Of a stretch of DNA of 64,000 nt, positions 1-12,579 are shown piece by piece. The stretch covers positions 12,562,987-12,626,986 of the forward strand of contig CM082583.2 in the NCBI GenBank assembly GCA_040954595.2, given 5' to 3'. The notes under the pieces were generated by a model, which had not been told where the DNA came from, made no database searches, and saw nothing but the letters and a program-made list of their open reading frames with translations. The number at the start of each line of letters is the position of its first letter. The stretch's first letter is position 1. The translations under genes were made by a program, and so were the position numbers. The stretch comes from Balanoglossus misakiensis (taxonomy: Eukaryota > Animalia > Hemichordata).

Positions 1-2619
1 TATCCGAGAAGGGGTGATTATGGGGCGAAAATGAAAACCAATTCTGACAGGTTTTGCCCCTTCTTGTTTCAGACACTGTCCCGCGGTAGTCGAGGCCTTT
101 TTTGTCTTCGTAACATTCACCACTACCTGGCAATACTGTGGTAATGAGATGTTAAAGTTTTACCAGCAAATCTTCAAATAATTCGTACATGACAAACAGA
201 CTTATTGAACAAACACTCACTCACTGGCTCAGCATTGTTACCAATTAAAAGAATCAGATCTAAACATTTTTGATCCAGAAGTAAAAGCTTGGAGACATGC
301 AATTGCTGGTCGAATAATAGGTAAAATATGGTATGACTTAACGGCCATTATACAGTAAGCCTTAATTGCTATACGTACATTTTTTCTCCAATCCCGTCAT
401 ACCTGAAACGAAAGTTGACATCCGTCCGATTATTGATCACCTTTCATGAAACAATATTCCGTTTAACTTTGAATCAATAGTTTTATGTATTCACAAATTT
501 TCATTTTACGACGAATCTAGGTATGTTCCAATAACATCGCAAAGACCTGTTGTGTTGTGTTGTGTTGCATCATGCTGTTCTGGCAGCCTTGTATTGCACC
601 GAAATTAAGTGTTCTCAATTGCTCACCGCAGTTGTACAGTTTGTTTATTTTAAACAGATCCCATTTGCTGAAGTAGTTCCGGTCGATCAGTTGAACATCA
701 TCATCCTTAGCAATAATGGTAGGCTTGTCGTTGCTGCTGTACGCTTTACTGGAGTAATGCATAACCGACATGTAATCATAGGGCGCCCCCAACCGCTCGG
801 ATACGTGTTCATACTTTTCAAAGTTATGTTTTTCATCTAAAGGAAATTGGACAGGAAAGAGTATCATTGAATTTCAACCATTTTTGCGAAATGGTAAAAG
901 TTAATCTCTAACAAACGTTGCGTATATAAGTTCTTAATTACCTTCGACGATATTGTCCCAAATGATGGTGATGTACTCGTCTCGATCAGTTCGGCTCTGT
1001 TCGTGGTGAAATCCCAAAGCGTGCATGATTTCATGGAGGACCGTTCCCAAAGTGTCGCAGTTACCCGCCAGTGATAATTTCTGTGGTCCACCTTTACGAC
1101 CAATAGACGACCAGCACCTGCAAAAGATTATGGCATTGATGATTAACTTTTTGCCCAAACTATTTTGACACTGCAACGTTCCCACAAGGCATAAAAACTG
1201 TTGAGATGGAATCATTGTACTTACCCTCCTAGGGACTGGAAGATCAGATAATCTGTTTGGTCTACACGTTCCACAAACCTGACACATGTCCTCTCGTGAA
1301 AGTGCGCAAAGGCCTCGAAGACAAGGTCTTTAAACGCGGGATCTATAGAAAGGAGTGATGGGGTGCATTAACTGTCATGTATGGTGGTTAGATATGTTGC
1401 ATGCGTGCATGTGATGCGTGCAGGTAGGTCGGTTCATTCTGAGAGCGGCGGTACTTTATCCAAATGCAAGTTAATCTCCTGTTCTAAAGCATCATTTTGA
1501 ACGAGACGCATTAAGAATTTAGAAATCAAAGTTACACATGAATTCTGTTCCGAATTGTTCAAAAACTTGAGTATCCAAATCGGAATGATTCAATGAAACT
1601 TGAACGCATTTGCAGACTTACGCAAACTGTCGTCAATGACGTAAGGTACGACACCGTTTTCCCAGATTGAGTCGACATCTCGTTGATCTCGCTAATGAAA
1701 TGAAAAACAACATACACTGAAATTAAATAAATAGAAAAGGAAGTCATCACAGAATTGATTTCCGAGCAGTTTAAAGTCGGGTCCAGTTTGAGATCAATTT
1801 AACTATGTCTGTCGTTGGATTCCTGTGAACGTACATTATATTTGTTATTGTGTATCAACCATTGTTTCTTGTCCGTCTCCTCGAGGTAGGGTTGAATGCT
1901 GTGGTGTTAATCTTCTCAACATGTGTGCACAACTGGCATTGTTATTGTCAATGATTTAAAAAGTGAATTCAAGGCCAGACTTGAATGCGTTTCTTAACAA
2001 GAACAATGATCAATACACATATCCGTCAAATGGAAAACTGGGCGGGATGGGATATAGGGAGGGAAAAGAAAATCTTTGATAGTGAACCTGTAAGTGCACA
2101 TCATCTAAAATCCACCTTCACTTTTGAGCGTACGTATTAAACTGTCATGGCACCCCTTTGCTGGAGCATAGAACGCATTGATGGTATTTTGAGTTTAATT
2201 TTGTTTCATAAAGTGCTCATTCCAGCTCTCTGTATACTTTTGGCCGATAATACACAGAATATGCCCAGGGGCAGATTGAATCTTGGTTGCGATTCAGATA
2301 CTGTAATCACGATTTTTCTTTAAATCTTCTGCTGTAAACACGTAGGCTTAATTGTGAATATTTGTACACTGTGATAATCGATAAGCACCGTATACTAGCT
2401 GACTGTAACTAAAAACACCAAGCTTGCATTGTACACAGAGAAACATGTATGGAATTAACAGTCCCATATCACAACAATCACAATAATCAGTCTCATCTTC
2501 CCCCCCCCCCCAAAAAAAAAAAAAAAAAAAAATGATGAGAAGGTACTAGATCTCACCGGTAAAGAAGTGGAGAAACCAACGAGAATTGCCGCAATTAAGT
2601 GCACACACAGATATTCCAT
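1..2619 (-). CDS. Secreted astacin-family (M12A) zinc metalloprotease with a C-terminal kringle domain; multi-exon, 3' end outside the window
   Basis: Signal-peptide exon MEYLCVHLIAAILVGFSTSLP (ATG 2619). Exon ~1622-1691 reads ...IWENGVVPYVIDDSL and a further exon reads TCVRFVER. Zinc motif HEIMHALGFHHEQSRTDRD, Met-turn SVMHY, domain end INKLYNC. Exon 1-126 reads CYEDKKGLDYRGTVSETRRGKTCQNWFSFSPHNHPF (kringle). Pro-region exons are uncertain. Confidence 0.92.
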
Positions 2620-3582
2620 GCTGCTCAACTCACGACGGTCACCGTGAATAATTTTTCCTGACAAAAACCTTCTCTAGATGTAATCTATTCGCAACCTCAG
2701 TCTATCTTAGAGTTAATGTAAATCAATATGATCATTATTCATTAATTATATATTTGATGTGTAATTGTTCTAGCGGTGATTAGAAACACTGCCCAGTTTG
2801 TCATTAGTCAAAGCCCGGATGAGGACAAGGTCATTGGATGGAACGCAATCGAGGCCAAATTTCAGATCCCCATTTTCTTCATCACCTTGGGATGGAAAGT
2901 CAATAATGTCCATTGTCTAAAAATAAAATAACGGTCAATTGATAGAAATTAAGAAAACGTGCGTATACTGAAATCGTAGAACCATGCGGACAGCTTCATT
3001 AAAGTACTGCTGTAGCTAGCCTCGTTGCAATGGTGTGGAACAGTTTTGCCATCGAACTCGAGATCAAGTTACTAAATGACGACCGACCCCGCGATCTGAA
3101 AATGACGACATTTGATTATCTAGAAATTTATTTAAAATAACTACTCATTACTTTTATTCAGTAACTCGATTTCCTGTTGTCCAAATCTGAGTTCATATAA
3201 ATGGCGGATTCATATTTCAACGGCGGATGATGACAGATGGCTGTCTGAAAGACAAACGGTCTTCTGTGTTTATCATTTACTGTACACGCGCATGCGCCCC
3301 TGGCGATGAAACCTTTAACGTTTGAGTGAATATCAACCACTTGAGATAACTAAAGGAGTTGGAGGTATAGCTTCGTGATCCTACCGTGGATGCAAATCCT
3401 AGGAAGCTTCAATGTTCGATACTTTCAGGGGGTGGGTTCATCTTCAGAAACAGAATAAAATGAACGCCCGTTAGCGAGAGAGCATCTGGTTGTTGTTTCC
3501 TGCGGCTAGTGTAAGGACTCCATGGAGTCTGTTAAAAGGACTGCTGTCAAACCGTTCTACAGCAGAAGCAGTCTCTCATGCG

Positions 3583-6500
3583 ATGGCAGCGACTGAAGCC
3601 GTGTGTAACGGGAGGGAGTCTTACGGAACTCTTTTGAACAACCTTCTTCGAAACTCCTCAGCTCATGGACTACCGAACCTCAGTCGGGCGTCCACCATCC
3701 CGCAACGCCTTCTTTGGTTTTTGTCATTTTGGGGCGCTGTGTCCATTTTTGTGGTCATCGGCACCGACCTAGTGAGGCGGCTGATAGAGCGCGAGGTCAG
3801 TGTCGGCTACGATTTCAAATTCGGTCGGGATCTGGCTTTCCCGGCAATAACCATTTGCAATCTAAATCCGATGAAAAAGTCCGCCGTCGAGCTGAGCGAG
3901 AACAGAGAACTCCGGCAGTTGTTCGATAAAAGCTACCACGAGGGGCCACTGCCCACTCAGCAGCCAAGAAACTTTTGGAAGGCAAACGTCACCTCAAAAT
4001 TCCCAACGGTTCACCCAGACAAAAGTCTTAGTTTCTTCGACATCTCAGACGGGTTAAACATGTCTTACCTATCTTCAAGTTGGAGTGAATCTAGCGAGTC
4101 TGACAGTATTGTAAACATACCAAAGTCAGTAAGTTTTTTTATTTATATTATTTATTTTTAATTCGGATATCAGGTACAGCGAAATAAACACTGAAGATGA
4201 TAAAGTACATAAAAAACTATAACATAAGATTAATGGAAGAGATATAAATTTGAATCTCTCTCTCTCTCTCTCTCTCCCATCTACCCCACTCTCTCTCCCC
4301 TTCCCCTACCCTCTCTCTCAATATACAGATTGAAAAGAAGTCGCACAGCGACTATGCTAATGATGACAATGAGTCGTCCAATGAAAGCCACGTTGACTAC
4401 GACGATTGGTCCAATGATGAAGCACGTGATGATCTGTACACTCGGCCCTCGCAGAAATGGAATAAAACAATGAGGTTTACTGAGCTGTACGCTAGTCTAA
4501 ACTCAAGCGAGAAGCATGCGATTGGACATCAGCTGAAAGACTTTCTCGTGGACTGCCAGTGGAACAAAGTCAGATGTTCCACTAAGTGAGTTCAAAAACG
4601 TCATGAAATAAATCCACTAAAGAATTCTAAATTTTACCATTTGTGTCCTCTGTGTACCTATAAATGTACCGATATGTTCATTTTTCAGGAATTTCACGAC
4701 ATTCAGCAATTCAAGATATGGCAACTGCTATACTTTTAACCACGGTAAAAACAACACGGATATTGTCCGTACCAGCTACGCTGGGCCGTTTTATGGTAAA
4801 TGCAGTATTGTCGTAAATTAGAAATATATACGGGGAAGGGCGAAAGCAAAGTTGTTGGTTCATGGTACTCGCTGAAGGCTGATATTAGACGACAGTCCTT
4901 GCTTTTGTTAAAATTCCCCTCACGTGGTTGTGGTTTTGAAACGAGCCATTGCAAAATACCGATTGACTACAAAATGTAGTCGGCGTGTATACATGTACGT
5001 CTCTCTCTTGCTCTCTCCCCTCTCCCACTCTCTCTCCTGTGCCTTTCTCGTACAGGTCTCACACTTCAGTTAAACATCGAGCAAGGTGAATATATAGAAG
5101 ACTACTCAGAAAATGCCGGCATCCGTGTGTTGATCCACTCACAGGAAGCCACACCCATGCCTGAAGATGACGGCTTCACAGTCCAACCTGGTGCAGCTAC
5201 ATCCGCAGGGTACGAACCATCCTTCCGAAACTTGACTTTAAAATGCCAAAGTATTCATAATAACATAACATGTGTTTGATTCATTAAACAGATGGTTTCG
5301 GGGGGGGGGGGGGGGTATAATTCATAGATGTCACGCGCTTTTACATGATATGTATGAATGAATGAATGCATTGATGGAGGGATTGATGGATGCATGGAAA
5401 GAAGGGTGGTTGGAAGGTGGCGGGAATCATATGTGACTGCATATTATTATACACATTTGATTGATTGATTCTATTATTTTCTAGTCGGAAATAACACGCT
5501 TGTCAGAGCCTTACACAAATTGCGTCTCTGCGACCGGTGAAGCTGGTCAGTATACTAATATTTTTACGGAAATGTTCCAAACCAATTACACGCAAGAGGT
5601 ACGACCATTATTATTTCTATACCAACAAGTATAATGCTCCTTCCACCGTCAAAAATGATGTAAAATATATGTTCAGCACACTGTATTCACCAATACAGGT
5701 ATACGTGAATGAGACATTCCACTCTATACATTTCAAAGAGAATGGGTAATACAGAACCTGGCTTTTTAATATTCAGAATGGAGTGTATAAAGCTGAAAAG
5801 AAATAGCTAAAGACTGAGGGGCATATTTTCAATTTTCATCTAGACATGTATGAAAGCCTGTTATCTCAGTCGTGTTGCCGACACGTGTGGCTGTTACGAC
5901 GGGAGATATCCCCAACTTCAATCCAGTGAAGATCTCGAATATTGTTCAATTTATAACCTTACAAATTGTAAGTAACGTAACAATTATAATCAATGGTTTA
6001 AAAAGTTAAGAACGGTTTTACGTCAATGTCTTTGACCCCATACTTTCTTCTGTACAGTTTGTAACTGAAAACTGATTTAATTTCAGCTGAGTGTATGGGT
6101 AAAATTGAAGAAGAATATCGAACTTATTCAGAATCACTTAACTGCGACTGTCCACAGCCTTGTTTGTGAGTATTGTTCATACTTACAAGTGTTGTCTTAT
6201 TGTAAATGTTACAGTGGAGGGCTGTTGTCCATATAGACGAAGGGTCGTTCCAATTTCAATTACTTTGTTCATGTGACATCACTTCAAGTTTGGTGAAATA
6301 CTAGAATCTCTCACCGCCCACGGTTCACCACAAGGCTTTATGAACATGTTTTATAGATAACACGTTGCGTACTGATGCGCGTGAGAGTCTAAGTAAAATA
6401 CATGCTCTCTCTCTCAGAGTCGTTACCTATACAACGGAGATCTCCACGGCGTATTGGCCCTCCATGCATTCACAGGTGAGATAGGACCTGTACAGCCTAG

Positions 6501-7472
6501 TATTTTTTTAGTACAAGTATGAGTTTACTATTTTGGGTTCAAACACTGAAACTGTCGATTCATTTGAATTTGTGCACTTTACCTCAACTCGGAACAAAAG
6601 TTGATTTTTGATACTTTAACATAAAACAATGAATATTATACATAACGCTGATTGGTGTGTATTTCAGCCATATATCTATGAGTTTTTGAGGACGAGGGAT
6701 CAAAACCTACGTGCAATGGTAATTCAACAAGAACAGACAGGTGTGGATCTAGTGAGGTACGATTGGGAAGTGTCACTGTTAAATTTGGAGGTGTTTTTGG
6801 AGAATATGTCTCGTATACATTCAAGTTACTATTTTCTTATTTTAGTACATTTCATTTAAAATGTGTGTGCACTTCGCGAACGAAGGCTTTTTACAGACAT
6901 ATTACCCTTACTTTTAGTCAAAGCTAAAATCAATCACGAAAGGCTGGAAGCGCCGGTTTAATAGCATCTTGTTTATTATATTTTTCCAGGCAAAATGTGA
7001 TGAAACTTCAGATTTACTACCAGGATCTCAACTACGAGACCATAACACAATCTCCATCTTATACGGTGAGATCATAGATTTGTATGTTACATGTACTTTA
7101 ATGTTGTTAATTTCTTCACCACGTGCTACAATCAACTGCACTACAATGCTGGATGGCGTCATATGTTTTGGAATAGTATCCCCGGAGATAATACATACAA
7201 ATTCTCAAAATACTGTTTTCTCGTTTGAAACGCAGGAATGGGACCTGTTGAGTGATATAGGCGGACAGCTCGGCCTGTGGATTGGATTATCTGCATTGAC
7301 GTTGCTGGAGCTCTTTGAGTTCCTCTGCCAAGTCGTCCGATTGGCTGTTGCCCGCACGCTGTCGTCGTCGAAGAAACAAGGTCTTGCCTCCGACGACCGC
7401 GGCAGCAGCAGTCTTGAGAGAGACGCCAACGTTCTCGAGATGGCGCCCTCATGCGATTCTGGGTCTAATTGA
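3583..7472 (+). CDS. DEG/ENaC (amiloride-sensitive sodium channel) family subunit, ~11 exons
   Basis: N-terminal HG motif (SSAHGLP) followed by TM1. Conserved segments FPAITICNLNP, YGNCYTFN and GIRVLIH, a Cys-rich thumb (CMKAC, CGC, CDCPQPC), and TM2 LLSDIGGQLGLWIGLS with a GxS filter. All junctions phase correctly except 5210/5484. Confidence 0.92.
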
Positions 7473-8216
7473 TTGTAGAGCACCGTACACCGAACTTTTA
7501 CAATAGCTGGCGTGTGTCTCCAACGTAACATTTCAATGCTTATCTGGGATGAACACACTATACCGGTATCTGCAGAGGGGCGGCGTGCGGCTGTTGGACC
7601 TATCAGAGATGTCGATGCTGCAGCTGTGACATAGTAAAAACATCCTCTCGTGCGACGTCACTGTCACCAAGCCGGTGTGTGTCGCCTAGTGGTCGTGCGT
7701 TGCTCATGTTCATACCCGCTATGTGCTCTGAGCACAGGGATTTATTTAGGAAAAGTAGATAAACACTAATATTGTAGAAACTAAGATTTGTTGTCTACCA
7801 GTTGTTGTTTTTTCTTCTCCTGCCTTTCTCTTACCTGTTCGAATTGAAAATAAATCGGCTATCTTTTGGTGAACTCTTACTACCGCCTGACCTGTCTTGT
7901 CTTATTATTACCCTATCCTTCCAAGCAAGACTGGAATCAGATCGATAATTTCAAAGATGGGGTTCTTCTGAACTCCAAAACAGTGACTAAACACACTATC
8001 AGTATTGTTCCCATGCACTGCTTAGGGAGTGTTTTCCTGAATCAGCGCAGAAGCTATGCGTACTGACCACACGTTGGGTGCTGATTTGCATGTCTACCTC
8101 GTACACTCTAGAGACAGGCACACAAGTCGAGATGGGTTGCCTGCCAGCACAAAATCACAAACCGTCACTGATGTCTCCGTGAGGCCAGGGCTTCACACGA
8201 CGGGAGAAACGTGGAG

Positions 8217-11200
8217 ATGAAGGCGATTAATGCATTTCTTCACCCGCTTCAGCTGGTGGTGACGTTTCTGTGCTTCTCTCGAAGCCAAGGTAAATTCAAA
8301 GTAAACATCCTTTTCTTCAGCCAAATGAATGAGGTGTGCATTAGTTTTTCTTTTAATGAATAGAATAGCTTATTTATTGTACTTGCTTGTGCGGACACTT
8401 CATTTGCCTTTTGCTTAAAAAGTATCTGATACTTTTCACTCGTCTTCTGTGATCTGGATAAATCCTGCGTAGATTGTATGTGTAATTCTTGAGGTTACGG
8501 TTGAAACTATTAGTAAAACGCTCCACCTACTCCCAATCGCCCGTGCCCGTGCCTATAACATGCTATTTTTTGGAAACTCAAATTTTCTGAGAGAAACTTG
8601 AAAACTGCTCTTAATTCCATTTAAGTCATTGATTTCTAATTTATGTTATTCACCATTCTGAAAAACGTGTGCTTTTATCCCCTACACAGCTTTTTCTTGT
8701 TATATTTCGAATGCCATTACAAAGCAACAAAGTTCACGAGAATATACACCGATTGGTTCTCAAGTATTACCAGGAACATAGACATGCCATTTAATATTTG
8801 TGCATTAAATAAGTTATTGTTTTTTCGATAAATGACTTCGACGGGGCGCAGGAATTTGATTGTTTGCATCGCTTGGTATCTTAGAGTATTGTCAATGTCG
8901 ACCGACAGGGGAGAGCGTGAGAAGTTTCGAAGCGTAGTTCGTCAGATGCAGAGAACTTTGAATTGTATTCTCCGTACTGGCCTCATCACTCATACCACGA
9001 TTCCGACGTAGATTTAGGGGCGTGTGGAAGGGAAAAACATTATGATTGTGGGCAGCTTAAGAAACTGACAGCGAGAATGCTGTTTTGATCGATACAAATA
9101 CCATCGCACACACTTTTGGCGTTCAATTAAGCCTTAAACAAACATGCCATTTTTAAATGACAACGGTGCGCGTGCAACGGTCGGTCTTTTGATCCGAGGA
9201 CTTCAGATATGGCTCATTTAGCGGATATTATTAAAAGTCACGCACAGTCGCAACCAAAGCACGCCGTGGAACTAAACAAGGGGACTTCTTCAGTTTGAGA
9301 GGCTATTCGGTCACGAGTTGATTATGTTATTAAATGAACCATTTTCGCATTAATCAATGGGCCAATTGATCGGCGACCTGGTTTTGTTTGACGTCAGCAA
9401 ACACCGTGGAGGATGCGTTGATTTCTTCGGTGGACATCATCGCTTTGGCTGTTCAAACCGTTACCCCCATTGCCCCTGCAGTACAGAGTACACCTTGTCA
9501 TGCCCTTAAACCGCGCAAATATTTAGCTTTGTTTATGGCCACAATTAGAATGAGTTCCGCTGACGATTACAACAACAAACGAAACGTGTCTTGTGGCCAT
9601 AATTTTGCGATGCCGTGCCTTTTTTCTTTTTTATCCAGTGTATTCCATCCTCCGCGAATAATCGATTCAACAATGGTGCTCATATTTGTAAAGAAAGTTT
9701 GGAGCTTAACCCAATATACGCCACCACCTGCGCATACGATCGAATATTTGCTTTCTCGGCCGGCAAACAGTGCCTTTATCTATGATGTGATTTTTGGGAG
9801 ACGTCTTTTCTATAGGGCATTTTCAAAGCGGGTACTTCTTTCATCGAAGACTAAACAAATGACAAGTCGATGCATGTATTCACGCGCATATCAGAGATTT
9901 AACTGAACTTCAACTTTTAACTTTATTGACAGAAATGAGCGGCTGTAAGGCAATATCATACACATCGTGGTTGCTAGTTTGACATCCGTTAAAATAACCC
10001 CCTAAAGCACTGGTTTTAGTATGCAACACAGAGACAGATTTTTAGAACAATGACAATAGTCCAAACATTCCAATTCTTTGATATGTGTTAGGTAGGTTGA
10101 TTGATAGATTGATGTTGGTTGGTCGGTTAGTCGGTCGACTGAATGCTTGATTTTTTACAGGCACTATACCACCGCCAACAGGAGTTGCGGCAACGGCATT
10201 GAGTTCCAAGTCTGTTAGAGTTACATGGGACGCCGTCAGTAGTCCAGATTTAACCGGTTATAACGTCTTACTTGGAGAAGACGGCAACTCCGACTTCCAG
10301 GTCGTTGGTCCCACCGTCACGGAAGCGACATTTAATGGGTTAAAACCTTACACTACATACGACGCATCCGTTGCCTGCATTGGTCCCGGCACAACACGGG
10401 GCGCTTTCTCTTTCCCAATAGTTTCCGTCACAACACTCGAAGACAGTAAGTCAGTCTCAATTTACGTTAAAGATCCCTGTCCACAAGTGGAAAATAATTA
10501 ACATCTCCGACATATGCCAAATGTCGTCATTGTCGTCGTTGTTGTTGTTGTTGTTTATTGTGGACTATGGATCCTAAAAAATTCTAAAAGAAAACTCTAT
10601 ATCTACACGGCTTAAAAACAAGGCGCCTGTTGAAAAGACCTGTCTTATCTCTAGACTTTTGACATTTTCCCATTTTCAGAGCCAAGTGCGCCTCCAGATG
10701 ACGTGCAAGCCAACGCCAGGTCTGTTGACACCGTCACCGTAAGTTGGACGGAAGTGGACGAAGCGAGCAAAAATGGCGAGATTCTCGGCTATCGCGTGTA
10801 CTACGGTGTCGATGGAACACCAGAGGGCGACCTGGAAAGTACTGAAATTGTTGGCGAGGAGAACACGGCTGCGAACATCAGTGGACTGAACGGCGGCACG
10901 CTTTACGGGTTTTCCGTGTTGGCTTACACGTCTGTGGGTGACGGACCGAAGAGCGATGCTACTTATGAGAGTACCTTTACTGTAACAACTACATTTACAA
11001 CAGCGCCATCAACTGTGGTGAGGACATTTTTGACATCAGTGCCATCGACTGGTGAGTACTGCACCACAAGAATATCTTTATAACATTCGCACCGAGAAAA
11101 TACTGAAATAGCCACGAAAAGCATCCCTTATCTGAAATCTAAATTTTTCTGTAAGATGCGAATTATAACAACGTGCATCCTTTCCATACAGGCAATCGAT

Positions 11201-11594
11201 GTGAAGAGCACCCTTGCAAAAACAACGGTACATGCATTGGAAATTCTGTGAACTACACGTGCGAGTGTACTGCAGCCTGGACGGGTCGTGAGTGTGATGT
11301 CGGTACGTATTAGGTGTATTTGAGGGAGGGGGAGGGAGGGAACATCTAAACCGTAATGCCCGTTTATATGGTAATCACGCCATTTTCTTTTTCCCTTCAG
11401 CAAACGACCAAGAACCAACAGCGGATGCTATTTACACGACTACCCTTGTTGTCGCCAGTGTTACAGCTACAATACTCATAATCGTCGCTGTGATCGCCAT
11501 TTCCGTGTATCTCTACAACATCAAATGTTCTAAAAACATAGTAACACCAGTGACGTCACAGGCGGAAATGTCGCACGGGCAAGGTGCCGTTTAG
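8217..11594 (+). CDS. Type I membrane protein: signal peptide, 2x fibronectin type III, Thr-rich stalk, EGF domain, TM helix, short tail
   Basis: Phase-1 exons 8217-8289 (MKAINAFLHPLQLVVTFLCFSRSQG), 10161-10445 and 10680-11051 (FN3, e.g. GLKPYTTY, GDGPKS), ~11192-11302 (CEEHPCKNNGTCIGNSVNYTCECTAAWTGREC), and 11401-11594 (hydrophobic TM, ends ...HGQGAV*). Confidence 0.85.
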
Positions 11595-12579
11595 TTCCCA
11601 TGCACCCAGGAGGAGTGAGACACCAGCCCGCGGCTGGCTTCAGGGTTCATCGCCTCAAACAAGACAATTTAAGGAGTTAATTCCCGGGTTGTACAAACTT
11701 GTGACGAATATTTCAGCATATTCTGTGCATTTACTCAGTTTGTCACCCGGATGACGGGGTATTTGGGAGAGGAGGGAACGCTGGGGGAACCTGATAAACA
11801 AAATGCAATCGACTTCTTGAAAGTCGTGTTCGAGTGTAAATATTAGTACATGCATATCTAATATATAATAAGGCAACGTTTCTTATTGTGTCATTCAATT
11901 TTCCTTCAATAATATGAAAGGTTAACTTTTTACCAGCTGACAAAATCTGACTGTTGGAACAATTTATCTCTTGAGATGTGAGATGTTACGTTTAAATGGA
12001 AATTAATCACAGTATTATAATGTATAATATAATTACAAAACTACAGTTATTATGCGACAGTCACATCAAAATGACAATATGTGTCACCGCGGTTGGACAT
12101 AAGTGCACTAATGTACCCAATGTAAAGAGCCTGAGCTTACTTTTATATGTGTGTAATTAATTTTGCTAATAAATTGTTCAGTTGTGTACATATTCGAACT
12201 TGCTTTAGTCAGTGAGTGATACTAATTTGGGCCATGGGTATTATTATATGGGGCTTTGACTCGGAGAGTGGCACACAGAGCTCTGAGTTCATGATGACGT
12301 CAGCAGGTGGGGGTTCGTACCAGGCAAAGTGGTAGAAGCCCAACCGTCTGAAAATGGGACTTTGGTCCACAATGCTTCCGTTGCTACCCATTTCCACCAC
12401 ATCCAATGTATGTCTGCCCAAGCGCCGTTGTTTTGATGAAGTCATCTTGACTTTGTACGTTGGATCCTGTTATTAAAATTTAACGTGGGGTGGGAGATAC
12501 CGGTAGGTACTGGTGACTTGACTGAGCTCAATGCTTATGACAGGAGGCCACACCAAAATACGCTGCTGTTGTCACAAAT

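Noticed and set aside
5217-5226. CCATCCTTCC resembling a U12-type 5' splice site
   Set aside because: Lacks the GT/AT first dinucleotide, and no TCCTTAAC branch point near the acceptor.
6297-6396. TACTAGAATCTC...GAGAGTCTAAGTA possible MITE, with a similar end near 14214
   Set aside because: TIRs too short and degenerate to call confidently.
7670-7740. tRNA/SINE-like A- and B-box resemblance
   Set aside because: No cloverleaf; boxes are degenerate and spaced too closely.
9388-9906. 172-aa ORF in intron 1 of the FN3-EGF gene
   Set aside because: Non-ATG start, no recognisable motif, composition typical of a random intronic ORF.
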